This document shows positions 1-10,558 of a stretch of 64,000 bases of DNA, in pieces. The stretch is from Phoronis australis (taxonomy: Eukaryota; Animalia; Phoronida), in assembly GCA_002633005.1 (NCBI GenBank), contig NMRA01000262.1, forward strand, positions 429,361 through 493,360, written 5' to 3'. The position numbers and the translations under genes are program-made. The notes under the pieces are model-generated. The model was not told the DNA's origin, did no database searches, and saw nothing but the letters and a program-made list of their open reading frames with translations. Numbering within the stretch: position 1 is the first letter of the stretch; each line of letters starts with the position of its first letter.

Positions 1-337
1 CAAGCAACATCGCTAAGTTCAGCTGCTCGTGTGGCCGTACAGTTTGATCCATAGTTTACGCTTTTCAACATCATTTTTCGGCTTAGGACATGCCAGAAAT
101 GACGGGATATTATTCTGGAGCGGCATAACGGCTGTCGGTGCTACACACGCCATATCAACACAGTTTCCCCATTCTTAGCGGACAATTTCTTTAGCTATAG
201 ACTAAAGTAAGTTTTACTCGACTACGTGTGGTTTATCAGGTAAAATGGCGGCTTGGATATACACACGAAGGTGTGCCAAGAATGCTACGTTCTGATTGGT
301 CAATTAAGCCGTCCGTCATAATCCTGGCGATAGGTCA
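1..337. mobile_element. 3' part of an ISL2EU-like non-autonomous DNA transposon (same family as 8977-10519)
   Basis: Colinear similarity to about 10183-10519. Both end GCGATAGGTCA followed by AT. Confidence 0.7.
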
Positions 338-465
338 ATTGGTTCACATTTTGATACACCGAGGATTCATAAGCTATACCTATTTCTGTTAACCGAGGAC
401 AATTAAACGATATTTGAGGAAAGGAATTAAGCTAATGTAAGATTTCAACAAAATGAAAACCCTAC

Positions 466-496
466 CAGTACGATTGATCTTTACTTTTCTCTTTTG
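466..496 (-). CDS. Gene A small exon (QKRKVKINRT+g), phase 0 to 1
   Basis: TATTTTACAG acceptor and G|GTAGGG donor. It mirrors the position and phases of the 52-nt exon in paralog B (45716-45767). Confidence 0.5.
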
Positions 497-722
497 CTGT
501 AAAATATAGTGTTTCATATTACTGAACACGTTACTTCAAACAAGAGGCACCGAAATGTTAAAATTAAGGTCCTGCCAGTTGTCATGATTGCAATTTAAAA
601 AAGCAATTATGGCAAAATGGGTAATGAGTAACGCATCGACTGGTCACGAAATGAATATCCGGTGTGTTTTACAGCTGCAGTGTTCGGTGAAATTTGAAAT
701 AAAATAATAAGATATGACTCAC

Positions 723-1655
723 GCTCTTTCTTGGTGACTCTCTGAGCTTGCTCGATGACATTCTTTTCCCAGGAGTCACTTCCCCACGTTTTTCTTCAGC
801 AATTGATTCGTCGCAGCTTTCGCTTTCCGTTTCAGCGAACAGATCTTCACTTTGCCAGCCTGCTTCACCCCCTCTCGTGTGAGTAGATTCGGATCTTTTG
901 TCGTCTACTCCGGTAATACCCCAAGTATCTAGTAATGCTCCATCGCTGTGATTACCATCTGCAACGTGGTCCTCTACTATATTTTCCGGTGCGGTTTTGT
1001 TCAGTGTGCTCTCGAATTCAGGTAGCGCATCAGATTGTCCCTCATCGTTCCTACTTTCACAACTGACTATGCCTTGCTCCGAAATTAAACGGTCATTTTT
1101 AGGAGTATGTACTCGGTTGCTGTCTGGATACTTTCCATTTATTTCCACAAAATTCTCATAACCTCCTTTAGTGGTTGCAGACGTTTCCTTTGCAACGTCT
1201 TTAATACTGACCTCAGCGCATCCACCGATTGACTTTTTCTTTAATTCGGCATAGACATGTGAGTCTCTCTGGGTGCCCGTCAACCCCTTCTGTAGCGACC
1301 TACCGTTTTGTTGGAGTTGACTTAATATCACTTGCTTTACTCTCCCAAGGGGCGCTTCGGGTTCTTTCTTAAAGCGAGGTGCCTGTGACACACCCTGTTG
1401 ACCACTGTTGTTCAACACCTCGGACTCGTGGGGATGCAAGCTGTGTGTCACACTCCGTTGGCTTTCAATGCCATCGAAACTGGAACGCGATAGCATGAGC
1501 GTGTCTCCAACCTTACATTTCCTTTTATTGACTTGTTTGTAGTACAGGCCTCCAATAACTCCACCGATGAGTCCGACGCACGCAACAACACCGATAGCAA
1601 CGGAATAGTTCATCCCATTGTTGCTGTTTTTGTAATCGTCACGTGTAGCAATATC
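723..1655 (-). CDS. Gene A large exon: single TM helix plus long Ser/acidic disordered cytoplasmic linker
   Basis: TTATCTGTAG acceptor (phase 0) opens DIATRDDYKNSNNGMNYS-VAIGVVACVGLIGGVIGGLYY-KQVNKRK, a TM helix with a basic stop-transfer segment. Open for 311 codons to the AGC|GTGAGT donor. Confidence 0.8.
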
Positions 1656-1760
1656 CTACAGATAACATTCAAATACATGCATGAAAGAAAAAATACCTTG
1701 TTTTCACAAAATATAATTTACTTTTAGGAGTGTTTGTGTTAAAAGAGGGGAACAATCTGA

Positions 1761-2372
1761 ATGTGGTTTCTCAGCGATTGTAAATGGCAGACTAGTGCAG
1801 GAACAGCAGGGAGCTTACAGTATGACAACTTCCAGCATGGGAATGGAGATAGAAGCAGTTACAAAGGCTCGCGAGTGGGTCACAACAACTCGGCAAGCAC
1901 GTGTGATCTTTGTTACAGATTCACAAAGTACTCGAAGAAAATTGAAAGTGGACATTTCAGAGCTGAATGGACTGAGCTCCTAACAAAGACGACTTTGAAA
2001 ACGATCACCTGGATACTTACCCCAGGCCATGCTGGAGTTAGGGGGAATGAACGTGCTGATGAGCTGGCTGGGAAAGCAAAACCAGAAGGGAGGCTGTGCC
2101 CTGATAAACCGGAAATCGTGAATATGGTCAGGGAGAAGCTGAAGAAGGACCAAGAGGAATCGGAACATCATCATTTGGAACGACTTTGTGAGATAGGAGT
2201 TGGATGGGCTGCATGCAGGAAATCAAGACTTTGTGGAAGAAACAGAAGGCTAGTGAATCAGCCACTGATTGGAACTGTCAGCATCTACTCACTTCGGGAT
2301 GTACTTCTTCGGGGGACGGAGTGTTTATGGGGATGTCCCTTGTGCAGTGATGTCAGTCCTTCACTCAGGTGA
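1761..2372 (+). mobile_element. 5'-truncated non-LTR retrotransposon, RNase H domain (frameshifted)
   Basis: RNase H motifs SSMGMEIEAV, FVTDSQS and WILTPGHAGVRGNERADELA are split over two frames. Lies in a gene A intron. Confidence 0.8.
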
Positions 2373-3863
2373 CTCAGAAGAGTGTTTGGAATTGAAGTCA
2401 GTCAACAGCACGTATATTATTTCCAATACAAGGCGGAAAATTTCACACGTACCGCTTAAGACTCAGGAAATCCACTGCACAGTGGCTGCACAAGGAAAGT
2501 CGGGCGATTTTTGACATACAAAAACGCTTGGCTGAAGTAATGATCCCGTTAAAAATTTTACTTTTATGGTTGGAAAGCTGGATTCCAACAAATTTTGGTA
2601 CACATATGGCATTACGTACTTGCACCATTTTTGTTACGAAATTGTTATAAATTAGAGAGAGAATACATCGTAATCAATTATGTGTCAATATACTTTGGGA
2701 ATATACATGTCTTTGAACAATTGGAAGGTGCGTTCATTGGAAACCAAATTGGAAGACCAAACAAAAACCTCACTGAACTATTCGTCACTTCGGTCAAACT
2801 ACGACAGGCTGTGCCGCCCTGCTCCTCTCCTCCCCCAACCTAAGGAAGATGAAAATTGCTGGTGTTCAGCAGCCTGGTTTAGAGCATCCCACATCGTAGC
2901 ACTTACTATATTCTGAAAAGCACTGCTGTTACTGGTCTGTACTCACTTTGAAACCTGCGCATCAATACTTGCACGGGAAGCCAAACGATGTTATCGCCAG
3001 TTTTCCTAAAATGCGATTTTGGAGTTATTCTGGATCAGTTTGAAGTTAATTGAAGTGGCACAATTCTAATTATACAAGGGTGTGTCGATACGCGACACGC
3101 GCACCTCACGTAATTTCCCGCTATCTTTGTTTACGAACCGTTTTTTTATATCAGATTCGTCATTGCGTTCGTCACATTGTAACAAATGAGACTATTGCTT
3201 GGTCTACTTTGAGTCCAAAATACTATACCGGGATGCGCGCATTATGACCTCTCAATGAGTATAAATGTTAAGCTTCGATGATTTCCATTGTATGGCATTT
3301 AATATCCGTCGGAGTTGGCTCGGTCGCTGCAAAAAATGCAGCATTTCCGTTTCATACTAAAGGGGTGCAGAATTTCTTGCCATCAGATTACGAACGGTGC
3401 GTGTGCGCAGATATCAAGCCTTTCTAAAGAAGGGTGGAATATCGTCGACATTGCTGTTCTCTGCTGTGCCGCTACTGCTTCGAGTGTCTTTTTGAAACAC
3501 GAAGTGTCGCGAGCTGCTTCCACTGTGGAAACTGCATGTGTGAACAATCACCATAACGTGCAAGGCCAGAAATTGGCATAGCTTCACCGTGAGCTGGTGG
3601 TGTCTTCAACCCATAACCTATGAGTTACCCAGCACTGTTTATTCTCGTAGCAGCGCCTACATTACGTTGAAGTTCTCATAGCAGCACACAAGTTAAACAA
3701 TTTGCACTAAAGCGTCACAGTGGGATGGCCCTTGACGTCTTGTTTATTCGAACCAATCACTGCCTTAGCCAGTGTTTACTGTGCAGGCGTGTACTTTTAT
3801 TTCCTGGTCGTGAAAGAATTCATCGTAACATCCACTGCCTACCATTTCTCCGTCATGTAGAGA

Positions 3864-3904
3864 TGGCTACGTTGCGTCCTCCTCTCGAGGACTTCATCAG
3901 GCCA
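3864..3904 (-). ncRNA. Second copy of the hammerhead motif in the inverted pLTR
   Basis: Reverse complement of 4646-4686. Confidence 0.7.
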
Positions 3905-4645
3905 CTGAGTTGTCACGTGACCTGTCATGTGATCCGTCGCACAGTTTCCGCGGGATTCTCTTCAGCGCCCTATCCCATGTCCTAGGTAAGTGAAACCGCA
4001 GCCCCCCCTGTCTATTGAGGCTAGGATTCTCGATTCTCTCGTAGATAGCTTCTTTGACCCCTCTCCGAAATCAATTTTCTTCTCTATCCAGGATCTTCAC
4101 ATCTTCCATGGCGAAAGAATGGTCTGTGGAAGCCATGTGACTAAAAACATTTAACAATTGACTCCTTATGGTATTAACAGGTTTGAATACAACAGCAATG
4201 TCATGTCCCCTCATAAGGAGTCAATTGTTAAATGTGAAAGACAAAACCAGCAAAGAGAAAACATCCAATGTGGTGTATGGCATTTCATGCTCGGAACTGG
4301 GGTGTGGAGCAGCATATATTGGGGAAACCAAACAAGCCCTGAAAAGTCGTTTCAACCAGCATCGGAGGTCTAGTTATGGGGACTGCCACGATTCTGCAGT
4401 TTTTACTCAAATGGCTTCCACAGACCACTCTTTCGCCATGGAAGATGTGAAGATCGATCCTGGATAGAGAAGAAAATTGGTTTCGGAGAGGGGTCAAAGA
4501 AGCTATCTACGAGAGAATCGAGAATCCTAGCCTCAATAGACAGGGGGGCTGCGGTTTCACTTACCTAGGACATGGGATAGGGCGCTGAAGAGAATCCCGC
4601 GGAAACTGTGCGACGGATCACATGACAAGTCACGTGACAACTCAG

Positions 4646-4686
4646 TGGCCTGATGAAGTCCTCGAGAGGAGGACGCAACGTAGCCA
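4646..4686 (+). ncRNA. Minimal type I hammerhead ribozyme motif with a mutated core (GCAA for GAAA)
   Basis: TGGC-CTGATGA-A-GTCCTC...GAGGAC-GCAA-CGTA-GCCA gives stem I, core, stem II and a GUA site, at the usual position in Penelope pLTRs. Confidence 0.7.
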
Positions 4687-4740
4687 TCTCTACATAGCAT
4701 AAGTCCAGTAGTAGATTTATTTATTGTTTCTTATACTGAC

Positions 4741-4810
4741 CCAACTGGATGACTGAAAACATTCATCGCATTTCTCCGTCACTGAGCCGAACCCAGTTAT
4801 TTCCTGTCCA
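4741..4810 (-). CDS. Candidate gene A exon (GQEITGFGSVTEKCDECFQSSSW), phase 2 to 0
   Basis: TTCTGTAG acceptor and TGG|GTCAGT donor, phase-compatible with 1655. A matching upstream phase-2 donor was not found. Confidence 0.35.
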
Positions 4811-5674
4811 CTACAGAACACACCATATATAAAATAAAACAATTTGGCCACTCTAACACGTGTTGTTATAGACGTGCACTGATCGCTTAGGTGGGCCCAT
4901 TGCATTGATCACTTGAAACCATTTTTATGCTTCATCAGTGTATAGTTAGAACCGAACGAGGAGCTAGTGGTTTGACTCAAGGGTCTAGCAGTGTGTCCTC
5001 GCGTGTTTATCGAACCAAGCGGGCACGTAAACTGCACTGCCTCCTTGGGATCATGCCATCACACCCCATGCCAAAACCCACTCATCTGAGATTTGCTTCA
5101 ATCTGGGATTGCCTATGAATACTTCAGTTTGGAAAGCAAATAATTACAGCATTTTGGTAAATAGTATGCAGTAAACTGGTGCACAATAAATCGTCACACA
5201 AACAAAATGGCGGGACATAACCGAATGTCACTTCGAGAGTGACGAATGCATAATTCGTCATAGCCCAAAGAAAGTGGATTAACTCCAAAAGAATTTTTAT
5301 GATAATCATAGAATCGTATATTAATAAAAAATGACTCTCAAAACGGTTGCCATCTCCTTTGAAGAAAACAAAGCACTCGCATCAGTGTCAATCGAAGTTT
5401 CGAATCACGTCCAAGTAACCTACTGTCCTGCATGTGTGAGTACCGACAGCCCCCGCCCCCTTCCTTCCCCTCAGTTGTCAACAGCGCGAGAACCGGCAAT
5501 CAAGTCACCACCAAAAATGCTTTGACCTGATTGGCTTCACTTTTACTCTGGTTGGAAGGAAATTTTGCACACGTAAGTGTAAAAATATTGCATGACCTCA
5601 GAAATTCTCGAAAAGTACAGACCAGTACCAACAATGTTGGCTTAAGCCGAGAATGCATTACCTCGAAACCCTAC

Positions 5675-5786
5675 CTGTCTGGATGTCTCCAGTTTTGATT
5701 CTGATCCCGTTGCACCACGACCCCAGGGAGTCGAAGCAGGACGATTGCATATATCCTCGTCAATAAGCCCGTCTCTGTCATTGTCT
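5675..5786 (-). CDS. Gene A exon: DNDRDGLIDEDIC repeat plus linker, phase 2 to 0
   Basis: TTTGTTCATAG acceptor and CAG|GTAGGG donor. Joins in frame to the 6037 donor and is phase-compatible with 1655. Confidence 0.75.
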
Positions 5787-6036
5787 CTATGAACAAAAAC
5801 ATAGACAAAAGCAGACATGCCTGTGGACACAGCACCACTATTTGCCTTCATTTTGGAAGTCGTCTTATTTTATACATTTAAGCTAAAACTCCCAAGCACA
5901 AAATAATGTGCGTCTTTGATAACTTGTCTCTTAGACACATATAAAGATATGGTACTTAATTTACGGTGCCTTATTTGTGTTTTACAAAATCAATGTATGT
6001 TTTGGATGCATTTTTGTAAGATGGTTGCTGTCTTAC

Positions 6037-6111
6037 ATGCCATCATTAAATTCTTCGTCTACGATGCCATCACAGTCGTCGTCCTTTCGATTGCAGTGTT
6101 GGATGACGTCA
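6037..6111 (-). CDS. Gene A exon: CNRKDDDCDGIVDEEFNDG, putative metal-binding repeat (PF11617/MopE-like)
   Basis: TTCCTTTAG acceptor and AT|GTAAGA donor, 75 nt, phase 2-2. Splicing yields the tandem DDDCDGIVDEE / DGIDNDRDGLIDED. Confidence 0.8.
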
Positions 6112-7326
6112 CTAAAGGAACATTTTCGTTTTCGAGCGAGAATTGGACTGTTGTTGGATGTCTTGCCAATTTGGACGCCGGAGCACAACGATGTGTGTAC
6201 TAGGATCAACGCGAAGACAACGTAATTAATCTGTAAGACGAGTTTAATTCATAGGTTATACGTCCTACTGAGTATCAATATATTTTTACTTGACTAACGC
6301 CATTTAAAATGTACGAAGCCCATCAAATGAATTGCGGCAGACTGTCAAGTGAGCAAGAACTCCCGCTGGTGTGTTTGATTCGATATGACAATCAATCGGT
6401 GGAATTACGCGAATATACATTACTGCTAACACATTGGGCATTTGCTCCATTGCTTAGCCATAGAAATTAAGGCATCGACAGTTCTTTTGGGTAAACAAGT
6501 AGTCGACTGAGATATAGGCCAGCCCTTGATTTAACTCAACACCTCAGTGGAGGTAGGAAAAGACCATTGCAGGTACTATTGAGTTGTTTAGCTAGCAAAG
6601 CACAGTGAACTGCAAGTGCAGTACCGATGTTTGCAATTTCAAGCACTTACATTACACTGATGAAGTGTGAATAAATGAGGATACAGAGAACTGACTAGTC
6701 TGATGCAGAGTTTTTAACAACGATTCGACATTAATTGTTGAAAAAAATTCATTCTGCATTTCTCGCATTCTCTAAAAATACTCCTTGCCTGTGTATTGCA
6801 TTTGTGCAGTCGAACGGTTTTTACGAACTCTGTATCAGAGAGGCAGTACTGCCCAATCATACTACGTATTGATCAATGCATGGGCATATGAGGAACTACG
6901 GCAGCTGTTAAAGGCGAAGGCAACATTTTTCCATGTCATTTTAGCTAAAATAAGGTTAGTTGGTTATCCTAGACATATTTTCCACTTAATTACAGCTTTT
7001 CGTAATTTTATAAATTACTCCTCCGCTACTCCGGAAGTGACGTTTTAGGAGGCAAGCGTTTCCCGCCACTTGGTTGACTTTACCGTGCGAATCTGTTCTA
7101 TTCTACTTTTGTTTTGTGCTGTTTTTCAACAATTGTCGCCACCACTTTCCATCGGCGAGTATTCTGAGGCAAGATAGGTTAGCAGAGAACTCAACTACGT
7201 TGGATTTAGGGATTGTTTAGTGTGTTGTAAGCTGAAAATGGCTGAAGTCGGTGACCCGTATCACAGTGACAGTAGTGTGAATGACGGAGACCTTGTTCAC
7301 AGCAGTGGTGACGAGAATTTTTTTCA

Positions 7327-7530
7327 GTGGGTGGGTACATGCTTGAGCTCCAGTATAACGAGGCAGAGTACGCACAGGCACAGGCAGCTGTTGAGAGAAA
7401 CGAGGCGGCTACTGAGGACAGACGTGGTGACACATCTTTGTGCAAATTCACTGTGTGCGTTGTTATGCCTACCTCAATGGAATGCTTGTGCTCTTCAGAG
7501 TTCGATGAGGCCAAGCCACTACTGGACATG
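7327..7530 (+). pseudogene. KolX (P2X7 C-terminal ballast-like) N-terminal remnant
   Basis: GYMLELQYN...RRGDTSLCKFTVCVVMPTSMECLCSSE resembles the PYxFEPEY...RLGNTxWCxCGxCxxMPTxxECxCCxE consensus. Confidence 0.75.
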
Positions 7531-7892
7531 GTTAAGTGGACCTCCGGCATACCACGGACAGAGGAACAACTGTCCCACTTGCCAGAGTGTCCCGCGACAC
7601 ACTCCCACTGGATGGTGACCTCAGCATCCAAACTGCTTACACCGTGTCGTGTGACTCCCTCGCCACACACCTGGCACCTTCTAAATAGCTCCAACACTTT
7701 AGACAAGTCCACAATAAACTTATCAAAGTTTGGCTCACCGATCTGTTCACTGGACGACAAACTGTCCTCTNTCACACGAACGAGCCAAGTACGGCGAAGT
7801 GTGTCATCCATCGGAAAGCGATGTAAAGGTACTCCCAAAGCGCGCGTGAGCCGATAATTAGTACATCCTGGTACGCAGCAACAGTGTGGCAT
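7520..7892 (-). pseudogene. Kolobok transposase N-terminal remnant (THAP plus Zn motif, no DDE core)
   Basis: See the element above. The THAP part ends at a single N (7771). Confidence 0.8.
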
Positions 7893-8171
7893 GTTGACTG
7901 ACTAGTAAATGAAAGCAAACGACGACGGAACTTAACACAACCGAGGTAGAACAATGACTGACTCGGCAGCTCTCACAGTCAGACAATATGAAAAGAAATT
8001 GGCGCGAAATGCTTGCCTCCTAAAACGTCACTTCCGGAGTAGCGGACGAGTAATTAATAAAACTACGAAAAGCTGTAATTAAGTGGAAAATATGTCTAGG
8101 ATAGCCAACTAACCTTATTTTAGCTCAAAATGACATGGAAAAAGGTTGCCTTCGCCTTTAAACACACGTGT

Positions 8172-8300
8172 TGTATTGCAGGTAGCATGTTGTGTGCTGT
8201 GCTGTATTGCAGGTAGCATGTTGTGTGCTGTGCTGTATTGCAGGTAGCATGTTGTGTGCTGTGCTGTATTGCAGGTAGCATGATGTGTAGTGTGCTGTAT
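8172..8300. repeat. 31-bp minisatellite, about 4 copies
   Basis: Unit TGTATTGCAGGTAGCATGTTGTGTGCTGTGC. Confidence 0.95.
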
Positions 8301-8374
8301 TAGCGCGGGGACACTGTTATTGGAACGCTTTCCTATACACAGGGTCCAGACGCTCCGTATCTTAAGTCAAAATA

Positions 8375-8486
8375 TTGTCAGAATTGCAGTATGAGGATCT
8401 CCTGGAAAGTATGAAACACTGTCCCTGCGCCACAAGACTCTTTACAAACCTTACATCTAGGAACACAACAGCGAACCACAGCCATT
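8375..8486 (-). pseudogene. THAP domain N-terminal remnant
   Basis: MAVVRCCVPRCKVCKESCGAGTVFHTF followed by a frameshift/stop matches the THAP start CCVPxC...FHxFP. Confidence 0.5.
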
Positions 8487-8569
8487 CAAAACAAAACAAT
8501 TTTGGTACTGAACTCTCGATGTCAAGATGGGGATTTTTCACTTGTTGTTTATGTACCGACTGGAAGTAA

Positions 8570-8972
8570 TGTGCCTTGATGCAAACCTGTATACTAAATG
8601 CACAGATTTGCACCGACGTGAGCCAGAAAATTGCCAAATAAAATCTGGCATGACATTGGTGTCATTAAAACTACATCCTTCCTTGACTAAACTAAATTAT
8701 TTAACGGTGTTAGAAAAATTGACGTCACTTATTAGCCATTTTCGCCGATTCTTCAATGAACTGTTCTTTTTTCACGATACATGCCACAACAAATTATCGC
8801 AACTGGTTTCATTTCGTTTTTAGCAATTTAAAACCAGTAAACCGAATTTCCGAACAAACTTTGCTGCCGCAAAGTTGCAGTAATCTGTCGTCAGAATGAC
8901 CACTGTCGTAATACGCATGCTGGCGCCCCTGATGACAGTCACGAGAATACACGAACCGAGTTCATGAACCAG
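8570..8972. repeat. Unclassified dispersed repeat (related copies at 12790-13060, 13370-13870, 52445-53000, 54090-54865)
   Basis: Shared blocks such as AAATCTGRCA...GTGTCATT(T)AAAACTACA...CTTGA.TAAACTAAATTATT.AACGGTGTT occur in both orientations. Confidence 0.7.
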
Positions 8973-8976
8973 AAAT

Positions 8977-10519
8977 TGACCTATCGCAAGCTCTTCCCCT
9001 TTGCGAAAAGTCACAAACAAACAAGATGTCGGAGGTACGTACACTGTTGCTAAACGACTTCGACAAAGACAACAACCGATGCTTTTCAGCAGAGAAACGT
9101 ACGTTCGTAAAGGCGATGATGAAAAAATAATTGTTTGAGGAAAAGTATTTCAGAGCCAGCGAAAACACGAAGAACCCCACGGGGTTCACCTTCACCTGAC
9201 AAGTGACAAGGCCACTTATGCGATATGTTCATGTAAAGCTGGGTATGTACATGTACCTTCAAGTCTATTTATCTGTAAGCTTCCATAGATTTCAGGATTT
9301 TTCGAACAAAATCAGTGAAGATTCACCGATATTTTATTCTGTCGAGTAAAGTAGGTCGAGTCGTTAACACTGTTCACGCTTTCCTAATCTTCGAACGAAA
9401 TATTTTTATTAAAAATTCAAGCTCACAGGTCAAGTACACACTCATCTTGCGCTAGGCAGGCATTAGCTCCAGTAGGTCTAGGGCTGTGCCCAAGTCAAAC
9501 TAAGGCTTGGAATTGGCCGTAAAAATCGCACCAATAAGAGATTTAAAAAACCGTCTGACGAACTTCGCATTTTTGTTGTTTCATTGCATAACGGTAGATT
9601 TCAGTTAATTTTAAGCGTAGGATGATCACTAAGCTGTGGTGTGGTTGCAAAATATGACAAGTCTCATGTGTAGTGGCAAATAATGGCTACTACAAAAATA
9701 ACTCGAATTCTTCTTTAAATCTTCATGAATCTAAATATAATGTTTGAACAGATTCAAAATGAGCTCTCTCTAACTCTACAATCAGAGTGTATACTAGAGG
9801 TTTCCATCAAAAAGTAATTCAACTGTTTATTTTTTCGTGACAACAGCTCGAACAAGACTTTGAGTTCAGCAATCCCGACAGTGCCCTCCCGTGCCGATCG
9901 AATCTCTCAATTTCGAGAGTTCAGTTGATCGCCAGCCTACAGGTATACGAATGACAAAAATATACCTCTGCTACGAAACAAAATGATATCCATTAGGGCG
10001 AAATAAATGATAAATAATAAGTATTTCCTTAAAAACAAGTTTCCGCTAGCCTAGTGCCGAGATCCGGCTAGCAGGTGACGAGTGAAGCTCCGGAGTCAAA
10101 ATCAGATAGGCCCACACTATAGCCACTAAACTGAAAAGTGCGTATATTGGAACAATTATCTTTGTGTTTAACCTTCGAGTAATCAAGCAACATTGCCAAG
10201 TTGGCTGCTCGTTAGGCCGTTCCCACACTGAGTTTGACTATCCCTCGTTTACACAGTTTTCGGTGGAGGGAATGCACAAAAATGACGGGATATTCTTCTC
10301 GAGCTGCATAACGGCTGTCGTGATTACACACGCCATACCAACACCGTTTCAACATTTTTATTCCACAATTTCTTGTGCTTTAGACTAAAATAAGTGTTAC
10401 ACGACAGCGTGTTGTTTTTCGGTAAAATGGCGGCTTGGAAACGCAGACGAAGCTGTTTCAAGAATGCTGCGTTCTGATTGGTCAATTAAGTCGTCAGCCA
10501 TAATCCTGGCGATAGGTCA
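8977..10519 (+). mobile_element. ISL2EU-like (PIF/Harbinger group) non-autonomous element with SWIM-finger remnant
   Basis: TIR TGACCTATCGC / GCGATAGGTCA flanked by AT on both sides. About 9130-9242 reads GKVFQSQRKHEEPHGVHL...AICSCKAG|gt, like the SWIM region of YqaJ-type accessory ORFs. Confidence 0.7.
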
Positions 10520-10558
10520 ATCCGAATTCCTGGGAACGGAGCCTAACTGGTGAACCAA

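Larger units (their letters stand above)
3855..4695 (+). mobile_element. Penelope-like element fragment (GIY-YIG endonuclease) with inverted pseudo-LTR
   Basis: NVVYGISCSELGCGAAYIGETKQALKSRFNQHRR...SAVF is a GIY-YIG motif. 3855-4148 is a near-perfect inverted copy of 4399-4695. Confidence 0.9.
6912..8157. mobile_element. Internally deleted Kolobok DNA transposon
   Basis: TTAA target duplication, AGG...CCT termini and about 160-bp TIRs. Minus strand encodes THAP (MPHCCCVPGC...LHRFP...W) and a transposase Zn motif (KFIV...LFRRCQVCG...ECVAGH...W). Plus strand encodes a KolX/P2X7-ballast-like fragment. Confidence 0.9.

Noticed and set aside
3440-3560. piggyBac-type Cys-rich C-terminus (CRYC...CFHCGNCMCE)
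   Set aside because: Short, with no adjoining transposase or TIR evidence.
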